From NCBI GenBank assembly GCA_964519305.1, contig CAZFHY010000001.1:122032-186031 (forward strand): DNA of 64,000 nucleotides, written 5' to 3'. Under the pieces are notes generated by a model that was not told where the DNA came from, did no database searches, and saw nothing but the letters and a program-made list of their open reading frames with translations. The DNA is from Candidatus Undinarchaeota archaeon. Lineage in GTDB: Archaea > SpSt-1190 > JASMDC01. Shown piece by piece: positions 8,853-17,604 of the stretch. How positions within the stretch are numbered: position 1 is the first letter of the stretch; every line of letters starts with the position of its first letter. The position numbers and the translations under genes were made by a program.

Positions 8853-11699
8853 TCAGCCACCGTTCTGGCGCGGCCCCCGGCCTTCCTGCGAGCCTCGCCA
8901 CTCGGGTGCATGATACCAATTGCTACGACCAGCGGCGGCGTTCTGACCGGGAGCGCTTGCAGGATAGTACCCGGCTGTGTGCTGGTAAGTCGTGCGGCCC
9001 GTCGTGCCCTCTGTCGATGGGACTGTCTTGGCCACTCCATGTGAACTGCGTGCTAACGCAACGGAACCGGCGATCACTACCAGTAGGACCACACCGATGA
9101 AGATGCTCAGCCAGTTGATGGCACTGTCTGCACCACCGAGCCCGCCGATCCGCACCTCGGGTCGCGGATTCAGTTCCTTGCACCGCCATCCCGGGAGCTT
9201 GACGAAGGTTATCTTCATGTCGCTCATGGCAGCGTTGTCCACCTGCTTCTTCACCGAGAAGGCGAGGTCCACCTTCTTCTTCCCCTTGAGACGGTCAACG
9301 CTCCACAGTACGACAGGGTCCTCAACTACAACCTTCACGTCCTGCTTGAACGTGAGGCCCTTCACGCTCTCGGCGAAGGTCTTGGGTATTACCTGCACTA
9401 TACAGAAGTCCTCCTGGTCCTCTTCTTTTGTGTTCTCCACCGTTAGCTTCACCATGGTCGCTGTGGCCGCCTCTCCATCCGTCAACTCGCTGCCCTCCGA
9501 GTCGACCTGGACCACCTGACCGGTCACGCTCACGTCCATGACGGTACGGATGTTCTTCGAGGTCTCGAGCGCGTTCTCGGTCAGCTCCTCGGCGTCACCT
9601 CCGAACAGCTTCGAAAGATCGAACAGCTCCATTACGGCCGGGATGGCCACTGCCTCCGACTCCTGCTGAGGTACGAACTCGTGACGTGTAAGCGTGGTCA
9701 CGCCCGTGTCGTCGTTCCGTACCGCATCGACCTCGTCCCTGATGCGGCCGATGGTCTCCCGGGCACCGGCGAGGTCCCCGTCCCCCAGCGACCGCCACGC
9801 GGCCTGCACCAGCCCATCGAGGTCAGGAGGTCGCTCTCCCTTGAGCGCCATCAGCACGAGCATCTTATCCTGGAACACAGGAGAGGTCAGGAGCCTTTCG
9901 AGCTCTAGCAGGTCGGCGCAGTTGTCGTTACACTCCACGGGCATCCCCGTGCACACCGCTGCGCATCCCGCCTCCTTGGCCATATCAGAGATTGCCGCTG
10001 CCAGCGGATCAGATGGGACGCTCGCAGGAGCACCTCCTTGGTCGAGGGTCGATTCGTCCAGCGTCGGCCGAGGTCCTGGCGTGCTGGCCGGACCGTCCTC
10101 AGGTTCGTCTGGTGAGGGCCCCGTACCGTCATCGGGAGCATCGGTGGGTGCGGCCGTGGCGACGGTTGTGGGCACAGTGGTGGCGTACTGTGTCGGGACA
10201 GTGGTGGGAACTAGGGTCACATCACCGTCAGGGAGGGTCGTGGGCACAACGGTCGGGACCGTGGTTGGGACCAAGCTAGGGATGATGGTGGGGACCACGG
10301 TCGGGAGCGGAGTGGGGACCGGAGTAGGATTTGGGTCAGGTGTCGCTCCCGGTGAAGGGTCCGGGTACGGGTTCGGATCATCCTCCGGATCATCCTCCGG
10401 ATCGGGTTCGGGTGTGGTTTCTGGGATGGTGGTCGCTGCCGGAGGCGTACCCTCGGGCTCCTCCTCGGGAAGGATCGTGACGTTGGGGAGCGGAAGAGGT
10501 GTCGGCTCGGCCATGTCATCGGGATCGGGTGTAGGTGTAGCAATCTCCAGAGGGCCTGCCCGGGGCCAGAACTCCACGTGGTAGAGGTCCGAGTGCCCGC
10601 GTGACGTTCCCTGCCAGACTATGTGCACTTTCCCCCGGTACGTGACGGCGATGGATGGGTTCGAGTCCTCTCCCTCGGCATCGCTCACCTGCTGTACGTC
10701 CCAGGTCCGGCCCAGATTGCTGGAGAAACCGTACACAATCTCGGAGGACATGCTCGTCCTGTGCTCGGCGGTCAGGAGCACACGCTTTTTCCCGGATGTG
10801 ACGATCGAAGGACGGGACAGCTCCATCCCAGCTACTGCGTTCATCTCCCAGGTCGCACCACTGTTGCTTGAGCGGGCGATGTTGACCGTGATAGGACAGT
10901 AGGTCGCATTGCATGCAGGGTCCATCCCCTCCCAGGCCACGTACACGTCGTTACCGCGCACGGCTATGTCGGGATTCGTCTGACGCAAGGTGTCGGCGGT
11001 GATGTTGTGCAGGTCCCAGCTCAGCCCATTATCCTCAGAGACCGCGTGCAGGATGTCAACATCGATGCCCTCGTGTCGTTGCCAAGCCACGTGAAGGCGC
11101 CCGTTAGTTGTCACGCCCACCACTGGATTGCTATCGTCCGAGACCACTGTCGAGACCGCGCCTTGTGTCCAGGTCCGCCCCTTGTCCCAGGAGCTCGCCA
11201 CCATGATGTCCCGTGCCCCCTCGGGCCCACGCTCCCAGGTCATGTGTACATCGCCGTTCGAGCGGACGAAGAGGGCAGGATTGACATCGAGCTCAGGCCC
11301 GTCGGTCACCCTCGTCACCGCCCAAGACTTCCCACCATCCGTGGAACGACCATGGAATATGTCGAATCCCTCATCCTGGACCTGGTACCATGCAACATGG
11401 ATGGCCCATTTATGATGGTCGACGGCATGACGCGGGCCCAGCCCACAGGCGCTACCCCCTCCAGTCACCCTATGGGTCCGCCATTTCTTGGAGCGGAAGT
11501 CCTTGACGTACACGTTGAAGGTGTCGTCCCAGTCGGTGAACCAAGCGATCGTACGTTTGTGCTTGGAGTGATCTATGTTGATGATGGGGAAGAGATTGGC
11601 CCCCGCGTTGGAGGTGAGCCGGACAATCTTGCCGTCCTTGGCAGATCCCAGGAGGAGGAGCAAGACCATAACCAGGACGAGTTGTCGTGTGCTCACCAT
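8853..11699 (-). CDS. Surface protein: BNR/Asp-box (sialidase-like) beta-propeller, Pro/Thr-rich stalk, C-terminal TM, Tyr/Gly/Gln tail
   Basis: Signal peptide and repeated SxDxGxTW Asp-boxes (STDGGKSW, SWDKGRTW, SEDNGLSW, SSNSGATW, SSNLGRTW). PTxx repeats form the stalk. TM WLSIFIGVVLLVVIAGSVAL. Confidence 0.85.
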   Translation of the reverse strand: MVSTRQLVLVMVLLLLLGSAKDGKIVRLTSNAGANLFPIINIDHSKHKRTIAWFTDWDDTFNVYVKDFRSKKWRTHRVTGGGSACGLGPRHAVDHHKWAIHVAWYQVQDEGFDIFHGRSTDGGKSWAVTRVTDGPELDVNPALFVRSNGDVHMTWERGPEGARDIMVASSWDKGRTWTQGAVSTVVSDDSNPVVGVTTNGRLHVAWQRHEGIDVDILHAVSEDNGLSWDLHNITADTLRQTNPDIAVRGNDVYVAWEGMDPACNATYCPITVNIARSSNSGATWEMNAVAGMELSRPSIVTSGKKRVLLTAEHRTSMSSEIVYGFSSNLGRTWDVQQVSDAEGEDSNPSIAVTYRGKVHIVWQGTSRGHSDLYHVEFWPRAGPLEIATPTPDPDDMAEPTPLPLPNVTILPEEEPEGTPPAATTIPETTPEPDPEDDPEDDPNPYPDPSPGATPDPNPTPVPTPLPTVVPTIIPSLVPTTVPTVVPTTLPDGDVTLVPTTVPTQYATTVPTTVATAAPTDAPDDGTGPSPDEPEDGPASTPGPRPTLDESTLDQGGAPASVPSDPLAAAISDMAKEAGCAAVCTGMPVECNDNCADLLELERLLTSPVFQDKMLVLMALKGERPPDLDGLVQAAWRSLGDGDLAGARETIGRIRDEVDAVRNDDTGVTTLTRHEFVPQQESEAVAIPAVMELFDLSKLFGGDAEELTENALETSKNIRTVMDVSVTGQVVQVDSEGSELTDGEAATATMVKLTVENTKEEDQEDFCIVQVIPKTFAESVKGLTFKQDVKVVVEDPVVLWSVDRLKGKKKVDLAFSVKKQVDNAAMSDMKITFVKLPGWRCKELNPRPEVRIGGLGGADSAINWLSIFIGVVLLVVIAGSVALARSSHGVAKTVPSTEGTTGRTTYQHTAGYYPASAPGQNAAAGRSNWYHAPEWRGSQEGRGPRQNGG
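10140..10540 (-). repeat. Low-complexity Pro/Thr/Asp/Glu coding repeats (PEDD x2, tandem PTxx units)
   Basis: 12-bp unit ggatcatcctcc duplicated at about 10375-10400. The protein reads PTPVPTPLPTVVPTIIPSLVPTTVPTVVPTTLP. Confidence 0.8.
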
Positions 11700-11784
11700 C
11701 TTATGTCCCGACCAGATTCTACAGATTACTCAATCTCTCGCCTGAGAGCTATTTATAGCTTAAGCTCTCCCCGGACTGCATCCG

Positions 11785-12225
11785 ATGGACGAGGAGACGG
11801 CAACACTCCTGCGACGGCTAGACAAGCGCGTGCGTGGCAGGGACCACTATCTTTCGTTCCCCACACGGTTCTGCATCGAAGGGATCGAGGAGGAGTTCTT
11901 CTCAAAGTTCCTCGTGGCCGCCGTGGCCCGCCAGAAGTACCCTGCATTCTTCCAGCTCGTGCGCAGACTGCGCTCCCGTATTATCGCGCTTCCCTGCGAC
12001 ACCATCTCCGAGCGCGTGGAGGAGGAGCTGGACCGGGACCGGATACCTCTCCTCCTCCTCCCTGCCGACGTCCCCTCGAACCGCTATGAACGCGTGGACG
12101 GGCTCAACGTATGCGTTATGGACGTTGCCCTCGAAGAGTTCGAGCATATGGCTGCTGATCCGTTCATGGGCGACCTCTTCCCACCCGAGGTAGTCCGAGA
12201 GGTCAGGAAGGCGGCTCAGGCATAG
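11785..12225 (+). CDS. Hypothetical protein
   Basis: 146-aa ORF with ATG and protein-like composition. TTTATA box about 30 nt upstream. Confidence 0.65.
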   Translation: MDEETATLLRRLDKRVRGRDHYLSFPTRFCIEGIEEEFFSKFLVAAVARQKYPAFFQLVRRLRSRIIALPCDTISERVEEELDRDRIPLLLLPADVPSNRYERVDGLNVCVMDVALEEFEHMAADPFMGDLFPPEVVREVRKAAQA

Positions 12226-12668
12226 GCAGCCTCCAGGAGCTGTTCACCCTCGCTGAAGATGCCATAGGCTCCCGATGCAGCTTCCTTGAACCGTCCGTGG
12301 AGCCTGTGCCAGTTGATGCGGCAGGACTCGATCGTCTCGAGGTCCCGGGCCATGGTGGCGATGCTCCGCAGGCACGCCCGAACAACGATCTCCTCATAGA
12401 GATACTTCTCCGTCAGTTTCATCGACACCTCGACAGGGCTCACGTCGCAGTGGACCGCCTGGGTCAGCAGGAAGTCCCTCGCCTCCCTGAAGGCGTGGCC
12501 GTGCCGCACCGCCTCGAACATGAGAGCGATGTAGCTGCGCAGAGCGCGAGGAAGCTCGTCCTCGTCCGCACTGCTCCGGATCTCGGACGCAACTAGCGAG
12601 GCCTGCTCGCACACGCTCCGTTCGTACGCCCAGATTAGTTCCGATATGGTGTTCGATGTAGATTCCAT
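12216..12668 (-). CDS. Hypothetical alpha-helical protein
   Basis: ATG 12668 is preceded by a GGTGA RBS. It converges on the neighbouring gene with a 10-bp overlap. Confidence 0.65.
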   Translation of the reverse strand: MESTSNTISELIWAYERSVCEQASLVASEIRSSADEDELPRALRSYIALMFEAVRHGHAFREARDFLLTQAVHCDVSPVEVSMKLTEKYLYEEIVVRACLRSIATMARDLETIESCRINWHRLHGRFKEAASGAYGIFSEGEQLLEAAYA

Positions 12669-12694
12669 AGCACTCACCGAGAAGAAGCTCGCGG

Positions 12695-12765
12695 TGCCTA
12701 TCGCATAATAGGTACGACGGGTTTCTTCCCGGTCGTCCCTACCAGCAAGCTGGTATGCGATGGCA
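12695..12765 (-). promoter_or_regulatory. Structured 5' leader (three-way junction) of the 12216..12668 gene
   Basis: Minus-strand pairings: TGCC-ATCGCATA/TATGCGAT-A-GGCA; CCAG-CTTG-CTGG; TAGG.ACGA.CGGG/CCCG-TCGT.CCTA. It begins about 25 nt below a TTTTAAAT box at 12790-12797. Confidence 0.5.
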
Positions 12766-12869
12766 TAGCAGGAACTACTTCTTCATCGTATTTAAAATTA
12801 GACCGGGGGCGGGGATTCGTAAACGTGGTACGGGACTGATACCGGAGGCGTGTACCATTTTGGATGTAT

Positions 12870-14090
12870 CTAGAAGAACCTCAATCTCGCGAGGTTGACG
12901 ACCGCCATACTGAGCGGGAACCCGACGGTCGACAGGAACTTCGTCAGCGTCTCCTTGTCGAAAGGCCAGACGGGCATATCGCTGGCCTTCCTGTACAGCT
13001 CTTCAAGGTCATTGAGCTTTCTGAGCTTCTCGGGATCCACGTCCCGGTCCTCGTCAAGGACCTCGTTGTATATCGATTCGTAATAGGAATTGGTCTTCCG
13101 GCTCAGCCGGTCGAGCAGGTCGATCTTCTTCTCGCTCATGAGATGGTGGACCTTATGGAGGGGGTAGAAGAAGAGGAGCGTGGCGAGGGCCATGTAGACC
13201 ACTATCCCGGAATAGACCACCCACAACTGGGACGGGCTAGCGGTGAACAGCCCGACGCTGAGCCAGATACCGACGGCCAGGAGGACCGAGTCGACGGAGA
13301 AGCTCAGGTCGCCCAGAGGCTTCAGTCCGCCGGAATGGTCGGGGTGAAGCGGCTGGACGTTCAGGTCGAACTCATCGCTCAGCCGTCTCAGGTAGAACAC
13401 GGTCACGAGCACCTTCCATACAATGAGAGCGAAGAAGACCGCTATGAGCATGTCCCCGAGGACGTAGGAGCCTCTCGTCACCGGGAACCGGTCCACGGTG
13501 CACCAGTCGTACTCGCCTACGGGGATGCTGAAGTTGACCACACCGACGATGAGCGCGAACACGAGAGCGAGGAGGTATGCGTCCTTGTGATTGAGACGTC
13601 GCTCGAAGTCCTTGAGGAAGCTTCGGTACTCCTCGCGGAGCTGCTCGAGGTCCGAACTATCCCCCTCCTTCAGAGAGATTGTCTGCTGGTCCCACAATCG
13701 GTCGTAGCAGAGATTGGTATTGCGGAAAAGACGCTTGATCAGAGGGATGGAGAGGATGAGTATCAGATAGCCCGGAACGCGCCATCGCGATGAACAGGGC
13801 AGGTGCCACAACGCCCAAGCTCCAGAGGCGAGGCGACTCCCCCCGAAGGGAGCGATGCTACGGGCGCTCGTGCCAGTGGCATCGGCCATCTGTTCCGCGG
13901 TGGGGAGGCCGTGGTACCCGATTATGGATAGCAGGATGCATAGGAAAAGAACGACAATGAGATGGAAATTATCCATGAGCCCCTTGACGTAGGGATTGTC
14001 GACCAACGTGATCTCATAGAAGATGCCAGCTACATCGTCATCTTTTAGATCCAAGGTAGATACCAACCCCCGCAATAAGGTCCTGAACAC
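12870..14090 (-). CDS. Multi-pass membrane protein of unknown function
   Basis: Several TM segments, with motif-like HPDHSGGLKPLG and C-terminal PVWPFD. Confidence 0.75.
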   Translation of the reverse strand: MFRTLLRGLVSTLDLKDDDVAGIFYEITLVDNPYVKGLMDNFHLIVVLFLCILLSIIGYHGLPTAEQMADATGTSARSIAPFGGSRLASGAWALWHLPCSSRWRVPGYLILILSIPLIKRLFRNTNLCYDRLWDQQTISLKEGDSSDLEQLREEYRSFLKDFERRLNHKDAYLLALVFALIVGVVNFSIPVGEYDWCTVDRFPVTRGSYVLGDMLIAVFFALIVWKVLVTVFYLRRLSDEFDLNVQPLHPDHSGGLKPLGDLSFSVDSVLLAVGIWLSVGLFTASPSQLWVVYSGIVVYMALATLLFFYPLHKVHHLMSEKKIDLLDRLSRKTNSYYESIYNEVLDEDRDVDPEKLRKLNDLEELYRKASDMPVWPFDKETLTKFLSTVGFPLSMAVVNLARLRFF

Positions 14091-14135
14091 TCACCTATAA
14101 AAAAATGTGGCACCATCAGCATCTCGGGTTCTACC

Positions 14136-14339
14136 ATGGAAAAGGGTTCTATCAAGATCGTGGGATACGGCGTACACTCCGGCGAGGGCCGGCTCAGCTG
14201 GACATGCAACTGCGAGGGCGAGCACGCGCCCCATCACGGGCTCCAGATGCAGTACGGGCTGCTGGCGAAGATCCGCTGCCCCAAGTGTGGGACCGAGGCC
14301 ACTATACTTGGCGACGAGGTCCCCAAGATCCTCGAGTAG
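14136..14339 (+). CDS. Small putative Zn-ribbon protein
   Basis: 67 aa with CNC...CPKCG. CTATAAAAAA box about 30-40 nt upstream. Confidence 0.6.
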   Translation: MEKGSIKIVGYGVHSGEGRLSWTCNCEGEHAPHHGLQMQYGLLAKIRCPKCGTEATILGDEVPKILE

Positions 14340-14403
14340 TTAACAGGCCTGACGGCTCCTTCAACGGACAGGTGACGGTCCGAGCCTTAGCGCTAATAAG
14401 CTA

Positions 14404-16860
14404 CTACCGGACGCTCGCCTCGAACTTCGCGCGGAAGTCCTTGTCCTGGCTGAACCGGGTTATGTAGTCCATGAACACCGGTAGGCTAAGGCTGCCCGGC
14501 TGCTGTTTGTGCCTGTAGTACAGGCTCTCCAGGAACTTCATCCGGACGTACCGCTCCCGTTCGTACTCCTGGTCGGTCATGTCCATGTTGTACTCGGCGA
14601 TACGTCTCTCCAGGGGCGAGAGGCCTTTCACCATGCGCACCACCTGCTTGGACTTGGTGTCGTACTTGTACACCTGCAGGAGCGGGGGGATGTCCAGTTC
14701 GGCGGGCTTGGACTTGTCGATCTCCACGATCTCGATGACGCGACGGAGCTGAACACGCTTGCGCTCCTTGGAGTCGTAGAACGAGAGTCGCCGCTGTACG
14801 AGGATGATGTCCAGGGTCTGGATATCCATGGGAGCGATGTTCATGGGAGGATTCTTCATGCGCTTGGCGGCCGACGTGGCGTCCAGTGCGTGGAACGTGC
14901 ACATACATCCGCGTGCCTGTCCGGCCAGCACCGAGTTGATGAAGGCCCGCGCCTCTTCGCCCGAACGCACCTCACCCACGATGACCCGGTCAGGCCGCAT
15001 ACGCAGAGTATCCTCCAGCAGGTCCTCCATCCCGATCTCGGCCTGGGGAACGGTGACGACCCGGGCCTGGTGGTTGTGGGGCAGGTTGATCTCGGGGGTT
15101 GACTCCAGAATGATGATGCGCTCGTCGGGCGGGATGAACGTCGAGATGGCATTGAGGGTGGTGGTCTTTCCCGAGCCGGTGTTTCCGCCGATGAGCATGG
15201 AGATCTCGTTCTCCAATGTCAGCCACATGTAGGTGAGCGCGTCGATCGACATGGTACCGAACTCGGCGATCTCGATGGGGGTGAGCGGGTTCGCCCGGAA
15301 CTTGCGGATGGTGATGAGCGAACCGGTCAGGGTCATGGGACTGATGCACGCATGGAGACGGGAGCCGTCGGGAAGCCGGGTGTTGACCCGAGGGTGCATA
15401 TCATCGATCTTTGCCCCCGGCTGGGATCGCACCATGCGCTCGATGATGGCCCGCACCTCCATCTGACCTCCCTTGTCGGGATTGAAGAAGATGTTGGTCT
15501 TGAGCATCCCGTACTTGCGGTGGTAGACGTAGATAGGCCGCGCCTGGCCCACACCGATACCCATTACCTCCTCCAGGGCGTCGTCCTTGAGCAGGAGGTC
15601 GAAGGGACCGAACCCCGTGGAGTTGAGGGTCGCGAGCATGGAGAGAGGGTCCAGCTTCTCCGGGTCCACGCCAGCACCCATGTACCGGGCCACCTCTAGG
15701 ATGAACGCTTTCATCTGTTCGTACGTGGACGTGTTGAGCGAACCCGACTCGATGAACCGGTCGATGGAGCGCTTGATGATGGTACGTTCCACATCAGAGA
15801 TCGAGGGTATGACGTTCACGTAGTACACGGGCTTGGGTTCGCTGGGGACCATGGCGATGGAACCGAAGGTACGGGCGGTGCCCTCGTCATTGATCACGAT
15901 TGGCTCGAGCTCACGGATCGACTGGGCAGGGAAGACCGACAGCGACCATGTACCCGTGTCGACGGCAGCGCTGACCTGCTCGGCATGGACGGCCTCGATG
16001 GCGTTGAAGCCCTGGTTGGCGCATTCCTCTAGACAGAGGGGATGGTCGGCGACGCCGTAGCAGATGTCGCACTTCCGGGCGATGTCCCCGAGCACCCAGA
16101 TGGAATCGTAGGGGCATGCTTTGACGCACTCGCCGCAGCCAGTACACCTGTCCTCCTGCACGCTGAGGATGTCCTTGCCCGGCCCCACGGGCACGATGGC
16201 CTTCTCGGGGCACGCCTTGGCACAGTCCGCGGTCTCGGGCGTACAATGCTTGCACATGATGGGTGCATTGTCGAATTTGATCGCCTGCTTGGGGCACACA
16301 GGGACGCACTTGGCGCATCGCGTGCATGAGTTGTAGTTGATCGCGATCTTTGAGGACATGGGTGCCGAGGTGTTGGCAATCTTTATATGGGGTGTGTTTT
16401 CGGGCAGTTCCGATGGTGGGGATTCATCCCCCTTGCCCTTCTTCTTCCCGGTCTTTGCCTTCTGCGTCTGTCCTTTCCCCTTCGCAGGAGGCGCTTCCTT
16501 CTTCGGCGGGGCAGGGCTAGGAGCAGGGGGCGGGGTCTTTTTCTTTGGAGGCACCTCCTTCGGCGGTGTCGGCTTCGGGACCGGAGGCGGGGATTCCTTC
16601 TTGGAGGGTGCATTCTTCGGCGGTGAGGGCTTGGGTGCGGGCGGAGTCGTCGCCTCCGGAGGCGGAGACTGTTCCTCCTTCTTGGGAGGTACCTTCTTCT
16701 TAGGAGTTGTCGGGATGGATACCCGTCGGGATTGTTTCTTTGTGCTGATGGCGTCGGGCATCCGTTCGATACGCTGGAGCTTGGCGCCCTTCGCGCCTGC
16801 AGGCAGCCGTGGTGGTGGTGGTGGAGGTGCCTTCTTCTTCCCCTTCTTTTCCGGGCTCAT
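14404..16860 (-). CDS. TadA/CpaF/VirB11-family secretion ATPase with N-terminal Pro/Lys-rich region and multi-[4Fe-4S] ferredoxin domain
   Basis: Walker A GNTGSGKTT, LRMRPDRVIVGEVR, TFHA, LPDGSRL and ITIRKF. Cys motifs CTRCAKCVPVCP, CKHC..C...CP, CTGCGECVKACP and CDIC......CLEEC lie in the same frame. Confidence 0.9.
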   Translation of the reverse strand: MSPEKKGKKKAPPPPPPRLPAGAKGAKLQRIERMPDAISTKKQSRRVSIPTTPKKKVPPKKEEQSPPPEATTPPAPKPSPPKNAPSKKESPPPVPKPTPPKEVPPKKKTPPPAPSPAPPKKEAPPAKGKGQTQKAKTGKKKGKGDESPPSELPENTPHIKIANTSAPMSSKIAINYNSCTRCAKCVPVCPKQAIKFDNAPIMCKHCTPETADCAKACPEKAIVPVGPGKDILSVQEDRCTGCGECVKACPYDSIWVLGDIARKCDICYGVADHPLCLEECANQGFNAIEAVHAEQVSAAVDTGTWSLSVFPAQSIRELEPIVINDEGTARTFGSIAMVPSEPKPVYYVNVIPSISDVERTIIKRSIDRFIESGSLNTSTYEQMKAFILEVARYMGAGVDPEKLDPLSMLATLNSTGFGPFDLLLKDDALEEVMGIGVGQARPIYVYHRKYGMLKTNIFFNPDKGGQMEVRAIIERMVRSQPGAKIDDMHPRVNTRLPDGSRLHACISPMTLTGSLITIRKFRANPLTPIEIAEFGTMSIDALTYMWLTLENEISMLIGGNTGSGKTTTLNAISTFIPPDERIIILESTPEINLPHNHQARVVTVPQAEIGMEDLLEDTLRMRPDRVIVGEVRSGEEARAFINSVLAGQARGCMCTFHALDATSAAKRMKNPPMNIAPMDIQTLDIILVQRRLSFYDSKERKRVQLRRVIEIVEIDKSKPAELDIPPLLQVYKYDTKSKQVVRMVKGLSPLERRIAEYNMDMTDQEYERERYVRMKFLESLYYRHKQQPGSLSLPVFMDYITRFSQDKDFRAKFEASVR

Positions 16861-17570
16861 GCGGAGAACCCGGCCTCCTTCTCCATCTCCACGAGCTCCG
16901 AATCGAGCTGTTCGTCGTCGACCTTCACTGAAGCGGATTGGATGTCCCGCTTCTTGTCGCGGAGGTCTGCGAGCTTTTCTTCATAGCCCTCAAGGTCACG
17001 GTCGATGAGGGACAGCGTCTCCACGATGAGGTGGAAAGGATCCTCGTCCTGGAGCACCTCTTCCCGACGGCCCAAGCTCTCGGTCTCCTCCCTGGATATC
17101 TTCAGAGACTGCTGATGGTTGGCGATGCCTTCCACCATCAACCGACATTTCTTGACCAGGTTCTGCAGGTTCTCTTTGCTCTTGAGCTTGGCCTTTATTG
17201 CGAGCTTGTTCATGATGAAGGTCCTCGCCCCAGTGGCGTTCCCGCCCCGGAGGGTCATGAACGCCTCCTGATGGAAGTGCATGATCTGGTTGTTGTAGGT
17301 CACGTCCTTCTGCCGGATAATGTCGATCTCTTCCTCCGTCTTATCGACGAAGTCCTCGACCTCGATCCGCCTCTCCTTGAGCCGGTCATCGAGCGCCTCT
17401 ATGTTCTGGATGATCTCGTAGGCGCGCGGGTCCGTGAAGGAACCACCCTTCCTCTTCTTCTTCAGAAGGAGGATGAGCACGATGGCGAGCACCCCGATCC
17501 CCCCAACTCCGAGGAAAAGGTAGAGCGGATCGATACCCAAGATGGGGTCCATGCCTTCAAAGGGGTTCAT
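16857..17570 (-). CDS. N-terminally membrane-anchored coiled-coil protein, Snf7/ESCRT-III-like
   Basis: ATG 17570 has a GAGGT RBS and a TTTATAT box upstream. TM LYLFLGVGGIGVLAIVLILLL is followed by KKKRK. The helical hairpin QI...EA...L..GN...A and C-terminal VDDEQLDSEL resemble Snf7. Its stop overlaps the ATPase start (ATGA). Confidence 0.7.
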   Translation of the reverse strand: MNPFEGMDPILGIDPLYLFLGVGGIGVLAIVLILLLKKKRKGGSFTDPRAYEIIQNIEALDDRLKERRIEVEDFVDKTEEEIDIIRQKDVTYNNQIMHFHQEAFMTLRGGNATGARTFIMNKLAIKAKLKSKENLQNLVKKCRLMVEGIANHQQSLKISREETESLGRREEVLQDEDPFHLIVETLSLIDRDLEGYEEKLADLRDKKRDIQSASVKVDDEQLDSELVEMEKEAGFSA

Positions 17571-17604
17571 GCGCTCGGACCTCGGTGTTGAAATGATATA
17601 AAGC

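Noticed and set aside
12864-13793. Long antisense/shadow ORFs (also 3995..4921, 9694..10584, 11007..12089, 24222..25187, 28351..29247, 47290..48180, 62821..63603)
   Set aside because: They overlap well-supported genes on the opposite strand and have shadow-frame composition, as expected in high-GC DNA.
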